Assembly (NCBI GenBank): GCA_001776935.1
Contig: MFDN01000001.1
Location: 293,449 to 357,448, forward strand
Length of the DNA: 64,000 nucleotides
Origin: Candidatus Daviesbacteria bacterium RIFCSPLOWO2_01_FULL_39_23
GTDB lineage: Bacteria > Patescibacteriota > Microgenomatia > Daviesbacterales > UBA10151
Direction: 5' to 3'
Each line of letters opens with the position of its first letter. Position 1 is the first letter of the stretch. The notes beneath the pieces are model-generated. The model was not told the origin of the DNA, ran no database searches, and saw nothing but the letters and a program-made list of their open reading frames with translations. Position numbers and translations under genes: made by a program. Below are positions 1 through 9,679 of this stretch, piece by piece.

Positions 1-973
1 CAAATTTTTATTTTTTTATTACAAATACACCTATATGCTTGTTTAATAAGATTTATGGCATATTCAATCTCGTCTTCGGATGTTACATTAAATACTCTAT
101 CAAAAGCCCAGGCTGGGGTTCTTTTAATAACTCTTGAAATACCTTTTTCGTCTCTAAATTCATGACTACATTTTAAGTGGATCTCTAAAGAATCAGGGAG
201 GAATCTAATTGTGCAAAAATTTTTTAGAGGTGATGTTTGATAGGTAATCCAATTCTTCCTCGATTTTTGAGACACACCTGAGATTGAGCAAATTTCAGAG
301 TTCAGCATTGAAAACACCTTTTTAAAATCTCCTTTACCTTTTTCAAGGTGCTTTTCTACAGGAATCGTGCTCCATTTGAAAGTCCATTTTTTGGATTCAT
401 TCTCAAAAGCCTCTTTTGTAAAAGTAGTAAATTTAAAAATCTTATTATTTTGATCTGTATACATCTCGAATGGAACAGCAAGCACATCTGTCCCGTCTTG
501 CGAAAGCATATTAACTATTTCAACTAATTGTTCAGAGATATTGTCAATTAATATGGCTATACCAAAGTTTTTTCCGATTAGATTTTGAATGTCCGCTAAG
601 CTTGCTCTTTTCGAATTATTTTCTGTGATCTTTTTATGAAAGTCTTGAGCTAGACTCTCTTTAAGGTCAGGATTGTTCATAGCAACCTTAAAACGAATTA
701 ACTGATTTGAGATATGGCGGATTATGTCATGGGAGCTTAATTCAACTTCGACAATAAAAAGTTTATTTCTTTCAAAGTCCAACAAAAATCCATCAGGAAT
801 ACCGGAAATACCTTTAACGCTGGTTATTTTTCTTTTGAGGTTAATATAAACAGAATTCTTTCCAAATATATCTGGTGTGTATTGTGTAACAATTTCCTCC
901 AACTCTTTTTCCGATTGATAGGAATGCAGATGAAACTTTTTATTATTCTGGATAATTAATGGAATGCCTACCA
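1..973 (-). CDS. Partial hypothetical protein (runs past window start); possible PD-(D/E)XK-like nuclease motif
   Basis: Manual reverse-complement translation from ATG at 973 has no stop down to position 1 (>=324 aa). It is absent from the ORF track because it is truncated. Contains 'DGFLLDF...LFIVEVELSS', reminiscent of a restriction-endonuclease-fold D...(D/E)xK core (third residue S, not K). Confidence 0.35.
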
Positions 974-983
974 TATTTTATTT

Positions 984-1478
984 TTAATTTTGACTAAAAT
1001 GTTTATAGGTATCCTGCAACATCTGATTTACGCACCACTTGGCATATATTCTGCCGAACAAATACCCTAACCATCTGGTTCTAAATGATCCCGGGAGCTC
1101 ATAATCAATATATACCTTAAATTTGGACTCATTATTCTCAGGGTTAATTTCCAAACCCATCTTGTAATGACCAATAACCAAAAGACTTAAATCTCCCACC
1201 GTTTGCCACGCTTTCCTAAAAGGATGTTCGTGAACTGTCACAAACTCATCAAGATATAGGTTAATTCCTAGGATCTTCCCTTTTAACCTAATATGAGAGC
1301 CAACTTTTTGTCCCTTTCCTTCATCTACTTGAGTTTCCATTTTTCCACCAGCCATCATCCAGGAGGACTTACTCATATGTGCAGAAAAATTAGCATGATT
1401 ATCTGCATACTCAAAGATCTCCTGCGGAGAAGCCTTGATGTTCGCGCTTTTCTCAAAATGCCGCATTTCTTTATTCAT
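984..1478 (-). CDS. SRPBCC (START/Bet v1-like) fold protein, hypothetical
   Basis: 164-aa ORF. Size and hydrophobic pattern fit polyketide-cyclase/activator-like proteins; no catalytic motif seen. Confidence 0.35.
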   Translation of the reverse strand: MNKEMRHFEKSANIKASPQEIFEYADNHANFSAHMSKSSWMMAGGKMETQVDEGKGQKVGSHIRLKGKILGINLYLDEFVTVHEHPFRKAWQTVGDLSLLVIGHYKMGLEINPENNESKFKVYIDYELPGSFRTRWLGYLFGRIYAKWCVNQMLQDTYKHFSQN

Positions 1479-1499
1479 CGGAAATAGAAAAATTTGATT

Positions 1500-2366
1500 T
1501 CATACTATTGACACCTTTTGCATCTGTGAAGATCTGCATAACTGTTCAACTTCATCCTTGAGCTTTTCCATTTGGCTAACAGGCAGGTTAAGGTATGTAA
1601 GAATGTTAGACCTAATATTCAAGAGGTCTTTGCACAAAACAATGTCGTGAGAAAGTAATATTTGTTTCTGGGTAGCCGATAAAGAAGAAAGGCAAGTTAT
1701 AGGATGTAAACCTGAATCTTCTATTAAATCCCTTAAAGAGCCTTTATTTGGGTAATTCCAGCCTATTAATTTCATCCCTGCGCACTCACCATATTGGATA
1801 GCATCTGAAGTTAATTTAGTGTTGGTTACAAGCCATGCCTGATGGAATTTTGTCTGATGACCTACTTTTTCCCTCCAGACTGCTGCAATATCATCAAAGC
1901 GAGCCTTAACATACAGAGTTACCTTAACGTCAGAGTAGCCTCCCGGTTGGTTATGGAATTTACATTCCACCATGAAATGCTGGTTATCTTTTTCTGCCAC
2001 TACATCAACCTCATGGTTTACACACTTTCCAAAAACATTAGCTCCGACTTCAATCGTATAGCCGTTATGTTTAAGTAGTGCTCCAATAAATTTTTCAAAG
2101 GGATAGCCTGTTGGCCCCAATTCCATAATGGCTCTTTTAAGATTAAATTTACCAAGAAGCAGGGGGTTTTCTTTTTTGAGAGACTCAAAAATACCTGAGT
2201 AAATTTTATTTGTGGGTATACCATCGTAAAGCTCATTTTTAAGCTGAGTAAGTATTGTTTTTGTCAAATTTTGATCAACACTTGCTCTTTTCAATGAAAG
2301 TATGACTTTTTCTTCACTGAATGGTTCTAATTGCCCGGAAGCTTTTTTAACTTGAATAATATCCAT
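1500..2366 (-). CDS. ATP-cone domain fused to Mrr-like (PD-(D/E)XK) restriction endonuclease catalytic domain
   Basis: N-terminus 'IQVKKASGQLEPFSEEKVILSLKRASV...' resembles the ATP-cone of NrdR/RNR. Central 'GANVFGKCVNHEVDVVAEKDNQHFMVECKFHNQP' matches the Mrr_cat pattern (G..D...V.CK). Confidence 0.55.
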   Translation of the reverse strand: MDIIQVKKASGQLEPFSEEKVILSLKRASVDQNLTKTILTQLKNELYDGIPTNKIYSGIFESLKKENPLLLGKFNLKRAIMELGPTGYPFEKFIGALLKHNGYTIEVGANVFGKCVNHEVDVVAEKDNQHFMVECKFHNQPGGYSDVKVTLYVKARFDDIAAVWREKVGHQTKFHQAWLVTNTKLTSDAIQYGECAGMKLIGWNYPNKGSLRDLIEDSGLHPITCLSSLSATQKQILLSHDIVLCKDLLNIRSNILTYLNLPVSQMEKLKDEVEQLCRSSQMQKVSIV

Positions 2367-2374
2367 ATTAAACC

Positions 2375-2403
2375 TTGACAGACACCCCCTGGGGGTATAA
2401 CAT
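2375..2403 (+). promoter_or_regulatory. Sigma70-like promoter (TTGACA ... TATAAC) overlapping a GC-rich inverted repeat ACACCCCCTGGGGGTAT (2382-2398), candidate CsoR operator
   Basis: -35 TTGACA at 2375-2380. A 17-nt near-perfect palindrome sits between the -35 and -10 elements, directly upstream of csoR (ATG 2412). CsoR-family operators are GC-rich pseudo-palindromes of the TACCC..GGGTA type. Confidence 0.45.
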
Positions 2404-2411
2404 TAGCTTAT

Positions 2412-2681
2412 ATGAAAAATGATAAAGATGTCAAGGGTCAGTCCAGGAAAAGGATTAATATTATCAAAGGTCAACTTGATGGTTTGCTTAAAATGATTGA
2501 GGAAGATGAATATTGTATAGATCTGCTCAATCAAAGTCTAGCTATCCAGAATTCCATTAAAAGCCTTGATGCTCTTATATTCGAGAAGCACTTAAAAACA
2601 CATGTTGTGGATCAATTCCAAAACAAACAGGACAAAGCGATTGAAGAACTGCTAAGATTATTTAAGAGAATACATCAATAA
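2412..2681 (+). CDS. csoR: CsoR/RcnR/FrmR-family metal-sensing transcriptional repressor
   Basis: 89 aa, all-helical. Conserved C..H..H ligand pattern ('EYCIDL...EKHLKTHVV'). Lies immediately upstream of the copper ATPase. Confidence 0.75.
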   Translation: MKNDKDVKGQSRKRINIIKGQLDGLLKMIEEDEYCIDLLNQSLAIQNSIKSLDALIFEKHLKTHVVDQFQNKQDKAIEELLRLFKRIHQ

Positions 2682-2692
2682 ATAAATTATCT

Positions 2693-4930
2693 ATGAAAAT
2701 GTATACCTGTCCAATGCACCCTGAAGTACAGAGTGACAAGCCGGGAAAATGCCCTAAATGTGGGATGACTTTGATTGAGAAGGATGAGCAATCACATCGT
2801 GGAACGGAATCCATGCAACACACCTCTCATACACCTAAAGAAAATACTAATCATGGTCAGGGAGTTCTTTATACCTGTCCCATGGATCCTGACGTTATGC
2901 AGGATGCTCCTGGCAATTGCCCGAAGTGCGGGATGAAACTTGTGCCTATGACTTCAGAACATGAAGGACATGAGGACCATGCTTCAATGGAGCGGGATTT
3001 TAAGAGACGTTTTTTCATTACTCTTCCATTTGTTATTTTGTCCATTTTACTCTCAAGAATGATTCAGATGTGGCTTGGCCTTGATCTTGCTATTCCGGGA
3101 CAGGAGTTACTACTGTTTGCTATTGGAACCTTTATTTTCTTTTTCGGCGGGTTACCTTTTTTCAAAGGCGCTAAAGGTGAATTGTCACGCAGAAACCCGG
3201 GGATGATGACTTTAGTGGCTTTTGCCATAACGATTGGGTATACTTTTTCTGTAGCTGCTACATTTCTTTTTCCCGGAGAATCATTATATTGGGAAATTTC
3301 CACTCTTATTTCTGTCTTTCTACTCGGCCACTGGTTAGAGATGCGGGCTGTCAGAGGCGCAACAGGCGCTTTGGCAGAGCTTGCCAAACTTATCCCCCCC
3401 TCTGCCCATCTTTTGAAAGATGGAAATGTGGTAGATGTTCAAACTAGTGAGCTAAAAATTAGCGACGGAGTTTTAGTAAAACCGGGAGAGAAAATCCCGG
3501 TTGATGGAGTGGTAATTGATGGAGAAAGTTCCGTTAATGAATCAATGGTGACAGGTGAATCAAGGCCCATAAGTAAGAAAAAAGGTGACAAAGTAATTGG
3601 GGGTACGATCAACCAGGATGGGTCTTTGACAATTGAGGTATCTAAAACCGGAGCCGATACGGCCATCTCCCAGATTATGAAGCTGATAAGAGAAGCCCAG
3701 GCCTCAAAACCTAATGTACAGCATTTAGCTGATCAGGCCGCAGCTGTTTTGTTTTATGTAGCGGTGGTTGCCGGAGCATCCTCATTTGCTTATTGGATGT
3801 TTATTTCTCCACAAGGTGCGGTCTTTGCTGCAACAGTTGCCGTAGCTGCTGTTGTTGTCGCCTGTCCTCATGCTTTAGGTCTGGCTATTCCCACAGTTAC
3901 TACTATTACTTCTACTCTAGGCGCTAAAAATGGAATTTTAATAAAAGACATGAAGGGTTTGGAAATTGCCAGAAAAATCAGTTATGTAGTGTTTGATAAG
4001 ACCGGTACTTTGACCAAAGGCGAATTTGGGGTAACGGATATCATTCTAAATCCAGATGCAGGTATTAAGGATCAGGGTGAATTATTGAGATTGGCTTCAT
4101 CAGTGGAGGTTCAATCACAGCATTCTATAGCCCAAGGAATTGTTAATGATGCTAAAAACAAAAAACTGGAGATTCCCAGTGTCAAAGAATTTAAATCCTT
4201 CCCGGGTAAAGGAGCAGTTGGAAGCGTTGAAGGTAAAAAGGTTGCTGCTGGTAATAAAACTTTGATGGAAGAATTGAAAGTAGAGATAGATAATTTGAAG
4301 ATGGAACAAAAGGCTAATACGCCGGTTTACATTGCTATAAATAATAAATTAGCAGGGATCATTCTCCTTGCTGACATCATCAGAGAAGAATCCAAAGAGG
4401 CTGTTAAAAGGCTTCACGATATGGGAATAAAAACTGCCATGCTCACAGGAGATACCCAGGATGTTGCCAATGAGGTAGGTAAACAGCTTGATATGGATAC
4501 TGTCTTTGCCCAGGTTCTACCAGAAGATAAGGTAAATAAGATAAAAGAGCTGCAGGAAAAAGGCAATGTGGTGGCGATGGTGGGAGATGGAGTTAATGAC
4601 GCACCATCTTTAACCCAATCACATGTCGGTATTGCCATCGGTGCAGGTACAGATGTGGCAGTTGAATCGGCAGGTATAGTGCTGATGAAAAACGATCCCA
4701 TGGATGTAGTCAAAGCAATCTCCTTAAGCCGTAAAACTAATACTAAAATGGTTCAAAACCTTATTTGGGCAACCGGATACAATATCTTTGCTATCCCAAC
4801 TGCTGCAGGAGTACTATATCCTGCATTTGGTATCGTTCTTAGGCCTGAATGGGCAGCTTTACTTATGAGCGCATCCTCGATTATTGTTGTCTTTAATGCC
4901 TTGCTTTTAAGAAGAGCAAAACTTGATTAA
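2693..4930 (+). CDS. copB: Copper-translocating P1B-type ATPase (CPH-type, CopB-like) with two N-terminal CxxC..CPKCGM metal-binding repeats
   Basis: Shows DKTGTLT phosphorylation motif, [12 protein letters not shown] and transmembrane 'CPH' ('[13 protein letters not shown]'). Has duplicated 'YTCPM.P.V....PG.CPKCGM' N-terminal heavy-metal-binding domains. Confidence 0.9.
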   Translation: MKMYTCPMHPEVQSDKPGKCPKCGMTLIEKDEQSHRGTESMQHTSHTPKENTNHGQGVLYTCPMDPDVMQDAPGNCPKCGMKLVPMTSEHEGHEDHASMERDFKRRFFITLPFVILSILLSRMIQMWLGLDLAIPGQELLLFAIGTFIFFFGGLPFFKGAKGELSRRNPGMMTLVAFAITIGYTFSVAATFLFPGESLYWEISTLISVFLLGHWLEMRAVRGATGALAELAKLIPPSAHLLKDGNVVDVQTSELKISDGVLVKPGEKIPVDGVVIDGESSVNESMVTGESRPISKKKGDKVIGGTINQDGSLTIEVSKTGADTAISQIMKLIREAQASKPNVQHLADQAAAVLFYVAVVAGASSFAYWMFISPQGAVFAATVAVAAVVVACPHALGLAIPTVTTITSTLGAKNGILIKDMKGLEIARKISYVVFDKTGTLTKGEFGVTDIILNPDAGIKDQGELLRLASSVEVQSQHSIAQGIVNDAKNKKLEIPSVKEFKSFPGKGAVGSVEGKKVAAGNKTLMEELKVEIDNLKMEQKANTPVYIAINNKLAGIILLADIIREESKEAVKRLHDMGIKTAMLTGDTQDVANEVGKQLDMDTVFAQVLPEDKVNKIKELQEKGNVVAMVGDGVNDAPSLTQSHVGIAIGAGTDVAVESAGIVLMKNDPMDVVKAISLSRKTNTKMVQNLIWATGYNIFAIPTAAGVLYPAFGIVLRPEWAALLMSASSIIVVFNALLLRRAKLD

Positions 4931-4951
4931 ACTACGAAAGGAGGTAAAAGT

Positions 4952-5167
4952 ATGTTTGGATTATTTAGTAAAGTTACAGACCCAGTTTGTAGAATGAAAG
5001 TAGATAAAAACAAAGCTAAATATTCTTCAGAACATAAAGGCGAGAAGTACTATCTTTGTTCTGAAAATTGTAAGAAAAGTTTTGATGAAGAACCAGGAAA
5101 ATATGCCCAGCAAGAAAACATTCCCACAAAGAACTGCTGCCAGCAAAACACTAAATCCTGCTGTTAA
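4952..5167 (+). CDS. YHS/TRASH-domain small metal-binding protein
   Basis: 'DPVCRMKVDKNKAKY...GEKYYLCSENCKKSFDEEPGKY' matches the YHS motif. Strong RBS 'aaggaggt' upstream. Confidence 0.7.
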   Translation: MFGLFSKVTDPVCRMKVDKNKAKYSSEHKGEKYYLCSENCKKSFDEEPGKYAQQENIPTKNCCQQNTKSCC

Positions 5168-6573
5168 ACACAACAACTCAATTTGGAGATATCTTTAGTA
5201 AAAGATAACGCAACTATCTTTAGAGCCTCAGAAAGGGTTGGAAACATCGGCAAAGAGGAAACTACATCGTCAACAGTATTTTTATTTTTAACTAACCACA
5301 TAGCTTGAGCAACTAGGTCACCTGCATTAGGAGACAGAATATGCACCCCAAGAATTACTTTTGTCTCAGGATGAATAATCATTTTAATTAACCCTTCTGT
5401 TCTGCCAATGATATGAGCTTTGGGAACATCGGCAAATGAAACAGTACGGCAAAGACAACTTCCTATTTGTTTTATCTCTTGTTCCTCAGTTAAACCGACT
5501 CCGGCAAGCTGCGGGTCAGTAAAGATAGTCCAAGGTACAGAATGATAATCAATACTATTTTGTGCATTCTTTAGGGCATTTTCTGCTGCTAATGTACCTT
5601 CCCTGCCAGCAGTTGGTTCTTGCCTAATTAGTAAATTTGTTACATCACCTACTGCAAAAATGTTGGCTTGAGATGATTGAAAACCGGGACTTACCTTTAT
5701 AGCTTGTTTCTCATCCACCTCAACATCTGCTTTATCAAGAGCTAATCTTTCGGTATTGGGAGTTTTACCTGTTGCGAGTAATATTTCATCCGCTGATACC
5801 TCTTCTTGTTTATCGTCAACTATGTAAGTAAGTATCTTTTTATCTCCTTCTCTACGGGCAGACTGCACTTGTACACCAGTTCTAATAATTATTCCTTCAT
5901 TGGTAAGAATTTCTGTTAATTTATCAGTTAGTTCTCTTTCTGCCGGAGGGAAAATAGAATCACTTCTTTGTAGAATTGTTACTTTAGTGCCGAATCTTGA
6001 ATACATTTGTGCAAACTCTAAACCTAATGGTCCTGCACCAACTACAATCAGTTCCTTAGGCTGTTTTTTAATTTGCAATGCTTCAATATGAGTTAAATAT
6101 CCTACTTTTTTAATACCATCTATTGGTGGTACAGTTGCAGTAGAACCTGCAGCAATAATAAATTTTTTGGCTTGAAATTTTTGTCCGTCGACTTCTATCT
6201 CGTTAGGGGAAACAAAGGCAGCTTTACCTTCTATATGAGCAATATTTTCTAAACCATTTAAGACTTTCTCGTATTTTTCAGTTCTTAGTTTGGCTACTAA
6301 ATCAAGCTCATGCTGAACAACTTGTGAAAAATCAAAATCTTTAACTTCGATATTAACTCCCGGAATACTGTGGTTCTTGGCAAGATGCATTACCTCACCT
6401 GCCCAAAGAAGTGTTTTTGAGGGAACACAACCAACATTCACACAAGTGCCACCCAAAGGCAACCCTTTATTTACCATCAATGTTTTTGCGCCCAGTTCGT
6501 TGGCTTTAATAGCAGCAGCAAATGCTCCTGCTCCACCACCGACAATAATTAAATCAAATACCTGCATACTCAT
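5164..6573 (-). CDS. merA: Class I pyridine nucleotide-disulfide oxidoreductase, mercuric reductase (MerA)-like core
   Basis: FAD motif 'IVGGGAGAFAAA'. Redox-active 'GGTCVNVGCVPSK'. C-terminal vicinal cysteines '...KLSCCV', typical of MerA rather than Lpd. No NmerA (HMA) domain. Confidence 0.65.
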   Translation of the reverse strand: MSMQVFDLIIVGGGAGAFAAAIKANELGAKTLMVNKGLPLGGTCVNVGCVPSKTLLWAGEVMHLAKNHSIPGVNIEVKDFDFSQVVQHELDLVAKLRTEKYEKVLNGLENIAHIEGKAAFVSPNEIEVDGQKFQAKKFIIAAGSTATVPPIDGIKKVGYLTHIEALQIKKQPKELIVVGAGPLGLEFAQMYSRFGTKVTILQRSDSIFPPAERELTDKLTEILTNEGIIIRTGVQVQSARREGDKKILTYIVDDKQEEVSADEILLATGKTPNTERLALDKADVEVDEKQAIKVSPGFQSSQANIFAVGDVTNLLIRQEPTAGREGTLAAENALKNAQNSIDYHSVPWTIFTDPQLAGVGLTEEQEIKQIGSCLCRTVSFADVPKAHIIGRTEGLIKMIIHPETKVILGVHILSPNAGDLVAQAMWLVKNKNTVDDVVSSLPMFPTLSEALKIVALSFTKDISKLSCCV

Positions 6574-6602
6574 ATAAGTATAAAACAGAAATTAACAAAA
6601 GT

Positions 6603-6821
6603 TTAGCAATTTGCTTCTGCATATTGATAAGGGTTCTTATCAAACTCGGCTTTACAATTTTCAGAGCAGAAACCATATTCTTTGCCCTCGTAAGTGCTTT
6701 TATATTTTGTCTTTTCCAAATTAACCTTCATCCCACAAATTGGGTCTTTAACTTCATTTATTTCTTCATCAACCTTTTTGGCAATATTTTTTACAATCTT
6801 AGGTATCTTCAAAGGTTTCAC
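6603..6821 (-). CDS. YHS/TRASH-domain small metal-binding protein
   Basis: 'DPICGMKVNLEKTKYKSTYEGKEYGFCSENCKAEFDKNP'. Confidence 0.7.
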   Translation of the reverse strand: MKPLKIPKIVKNIAKKVDEEINEVKDPICGMKVNLEKTKYKSTYEGKEYGFCSENCKAEFDKNPYQYAEANC

Positions 6822-6833
6822 CTCCTCTATGAA

Positions 6834-7508
6834 CTATAATTTATCTATCTCTGTCGATAGCTCGTTATTTCTTACAGCCATAGTAACATCATCCCTGACA
6901 AACTTTATAATCCCTTCCTTATTGATTATTACATAAGTATGTCCAGGGAATTGGCCTTTATGCATTGATGAAGGAAGAGTTAAAACTCCATATTTTTGGG
7001 AAATCTGCCTGTTGCTGTCAAAAAGTACAGTTGCCCCCGCAAGCTCGGGCATTTTATCTATAGCTTGTTTCCAATTATTTTTTGGATCAGCTGTAATATT
7101 GAAAATAACTGCCTTTTTAGCCAGTTCTGTATCCTTACCAAAAGCTGCGATTTGGTTCCAGCAAGCCGGATAGCACATTAACCCTTCATTAAAAAAGAGA
7201 ATGACATTTTTGCCCTTTAATTCACTCAAGATGATCTTTTTCCCACTATAGTCTTCTAGAGTAAAGTCGGGAGCAATCTTGCCAAGTAAACTATTAAAAA
7301 TAGTAGCATCAGCGGGAGTCCCTCCTCCGTGATGACTGGCCATAGAGTTAGCTTGTGCATTCTGGTTTGTTTGAGTAGTTGGTTGGTTGGCAGAAACCTC
7401 ATCTCCCTTAGTATTTATATTTATCTGGATATTAAAATTACTAACAAGTAAGATTAAAGCTAATACTACCCCTGTTCCTAAAATTGCAATAAGTCCATTT
7501 TTGTTCAT
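6834..7508 (-). CDS. Membrane-anchored thioredoxin-fold protein (redoxin/SCO-like, CxxxC)
   Basis: N-terminal TM segment, Q/T-rich linker, then 'LKGKNVILFFNEGLMCYPACWNQIAAF' (CxxxC in a thioredoxin-like context). Paralog of 8383-8994. Confidence 0.55.
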   Translation of the reverse strand: MNKNGLIAILGTGVVLALILLVSNFNIQININTKGDEVSANQPTTQTNQNAQANSMASHHGGGTPADATIFNSLLGKIAPDFTLEDYSGKKIILSELKGKNVILFFNEGLMCYPACWNQIAAFGKDTELAKKAVIFNITADPKNNWKQAIDKMPELAGATVLFDSNRQISQKYGVLTLPSSMHKGQFPGHTYVIINKEGIIKFVRDDVTMAVRNNELSTEIDKL

Positions 7509-7512
7509 AGTT

Positions 7513-8379
7513 TCACCTCCTTTTCTTCAAAGAGATAAATTGTTTAACAGCAAGATAAACAATAGATAAGGCAATGCCAACGAAAATAACTGCCCAACCT
7601 ATTTCGGGAATAATCTGAGTAAACTGGCTGATAGATTTTATGAATTTTGTCATATAGATATTTAGTGCCACCTGATACGAATTATGGGAAGTGAGTTGGC
7701 TGGTTCTTGCGAGATAGATGATAACAACTCCTAAAATCAGAAACATTAACCCTGAGAAAAGATTAGCAAAGGTAAGACTAATCTTTTGACCCAACACGGT
7801 ATAAGAGATGCTTTTCCTGAAAGCAAAAAACTTCTTGGTAAAGTCAACTTTGTCCAAGAAAAGGGCAATGAGGAAGAGAGGAAGAACCATTCCCAGCACA
7901 TAAGCCAGAGTATAAACTCCTCCCAAGAAAACTGAACCAGGAAGCATTGATAAGGTCAGTACTCCTGCCAGCACCGGAGCGCAACAAGTAGTAGCAATGG
8001 CAGAAAATATACCCAGGACGTACACCGATATAAAATCCTGCCTCTTTAACTCCGGATGAACACTAAAAGGTAGCGAAAATTGTTGTCCTAAAAGTAAAGT
8101 CATACCCAGGAAGAGCAAGAAAACTCCACCTACAAGAAAGATTACGTCATGATACTGACTGAAAATTTGAGTGAGCAACGATACGCCAAGACCAATTGGA
8201 AGAAAAATAGTTAAGATACCCAGGAAATAAACAAAGGTCATCAAAAATACTGTGGCTTTTTGTTTAAAGATGGAAGCAAAATAGCTTGGCAAAAGCACAG
8301 TGATACAACAGGGTGCAAAGAGCGCGGCAATCCCTGCCACAAATGAAGCTATAAATGATGCACTAACTAAAAGATCCAT
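7513..8379 (-). CDS. ccdA: CcdA/DsbD-family transmembrane thiol-disulfide electron transporter (cytochrome c biogenesis protein CcdA-like)
   Basis: Multi-TM protein with 'FAPCC' and 'TTCCAPV' transmembrane cysteine motifs typical of CcdA/DsbD beta-domain. Confidence 0.7.
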   Translation of the reverse strand: MDLLVSASFIASFVAGIAALFAPCCITVLLPSYFASIFKQKATVFLMTFVYFLGILTIFLPIGLGVSLLTQIFSQYHDVIFLVGGVFLLFLGMTLLLGQQFSLPFSVHPELKRQDFISVYVLGIFSAIATTCCAPVLAGVLTLSMLPGSVFLGGVYTLAYVLGMVLPLFLIALFLDKVDFTKKFFAFRKSISYTVLGQKISLTFANLFSGLMFLILGVVIIYLARTSQLTSHNSYQVALNIYMTKFIKSISQFTQIIPEIGWAVIFVGIALSIVYLAVKQFISLKKRR

Positions 8380-8382
8380 AAT

Positions 8383-8994
8383 TTAAAGTTTTTCAATCTC
8401 TGCTATTAACTCTTGGTTTCTTGTTCCCATCTGAGGATCGTCTTTAACGAAACGGACAATTCCATCTTTATCAACAATTATATAAGTATGACCAGGGAGC
8501 TGACCTTTATGCATTGAAGAAGGTAGGGTGAGCACGTTATACAAGATAGAAGTCTTTTTGTCAGTATCTAATAGAACAGTTGATTGAGCTAATTCCGGCA
8601 TCTTGTCAATTGCTCCTTTCCAGTCATCTTTTTTGTCATTAACAATTGATAGTACAACAGTATTTTTGTCAGTAAAATCTTTAGCTTGTCCAAAGGCAGC
8701 AATCTGATTCCAGCAGGCCGGATAGCATACTAAGCCTTCATTGAAAAAGAGAATGACATTTTTACCTTTAAGACTGCTCAGAGTAATTTTATCGCCGGTG
8801 TAACTCTCCAGGGTAAAATCAGGAGCAGGTTTACCAATTAAATCATTAAGTGGAGTACTTGCATTTTGATTAGTAGAAGAACCTTGATTACTGCTGCCGC
8901 TTAGTAAAAAGACCCCACCAACAAGTATGGCAACTGTGACTAACACACCAATCATAATAATTATCTTATCTTTACCCATATTTTTTAGTGGCAA
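8383..8994 (-). CDS. Membrane-anchored thioredoxin-fold protein (redoxin/SCO-like, CxxxC), paralog of 6834-7508
   Basis: 'LKGKNVILFFNEGLVCYPACWNQIAAF' is almost identical to the motif in 6834-7508. Confidence 0.55.
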   Translation of the reverse strand: MPLKNMGKDKIIIMIGVLVTVAILVGGVFLLSGSSNQGSSTNQNASTPLNDLIGKPAPDFTLESYTGDKITLSSLKGKNVILFFNEGLVCYPACWNQIAAFGQAKDFTDKNTVVLSIVNDKKDDWKGAIDKMPELAQSTVLLDTDKKTSILYNVLTLPSSMHKGQLPGHTYIIVDKDGIVRFVKDDPQMGTRNQELIAEIEKL

Positions 8995-9212
8995 GACTTA
9001 CCATCTTGCTTAGTATTATCCTTTCCTTCCTGATTATGATCCCCATGGCCTTTCATCATGAATATATGCATCAAAGGGCAGGCCAGAAAAATACCAAAGT
9101 AGAGCAAGCTTCCAAAAGGGACTTTAAAAATTGTGACAGCTATAATTGTCCCCGCAAGAACTACTAAACAACCTAGCAACAATTTACCCTTAGTAAGTTT
9201 CAAAGATCCCAT
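8985..9212 (-). CDS. Small membrane protein with His-rich tail (DUF2933-like)
   Basis: Two predicted TM helices then 'MKGHGDHNQEGKD...KSCH'. This family is frequent in copper-resistance loci. Confidence 0.35.
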   Translation of the reverse strand: MGSLKLTKGKLLLGCLVVLAGTIIAVTIFKVPFGSLLYFGIFLACPLMHIFMMKGHGDHNQEGKDNTKQDGKSCH

Positions 9213-9679
9213 TTAAAGCTCCTTTCAACAACTCCGCCTACATTTTTAATTTTTAACTCCAGCGACCTAGGTTTTGGTGAAATTGGATTAAATTTCAGAA
9301 CACCATTACGATGATGACCACCGGGGGGCGAGCCGTCCCAAGAGGTAGGTTTATATGCCTTTCCTTGATCATCCAAAAGTTCAGAAACAGCGACCAAGTC
9401 TTCACTAAGCTCTTCTGAATGAGTATTTAAGGTGATATCAAAATCCCAACTGGAAGAACCACTTTCTAAACTGCGTGGAGTGACGGCAACAGTAACAGGC
9501 CCCTCACTACTCTCTTTTGTTTTTTGGTTGCTATTACTATTTGTGTTTTGGGTTGGGTTAGCTGTATTAGTAGATATGCTTGGATTTTTTGGGCCTATGT
9601 TTATAGAAAAATTATCCTTAAGATTAACCACAAAAATTACAAGTAATATAACAATAAAGATAATAGTTAAGTTTTTCAT
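9200..9679 (-). CDS. Secreted hypothetical protein
   Basis: Signal/anchor sequence, N/T/Q-rich linker, ~100-aa C-terminal domain. No recognisable motif. Confidence 0.4.
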   Translation of the reverse strand: MKNLTIIFIVILLVIFVVNLKDNFSINIGPKNPSISTNTANPTQNTNSNSNQKTKESSEGPVTVAVTPRSLESGSSSWDFDITLNTHSEELSEDLVAVSELLDDQGKAYKPTSWDGSPPGGHHRNGVLKFNPISPKPRSLELKIKNVGGVVERSFKWDL

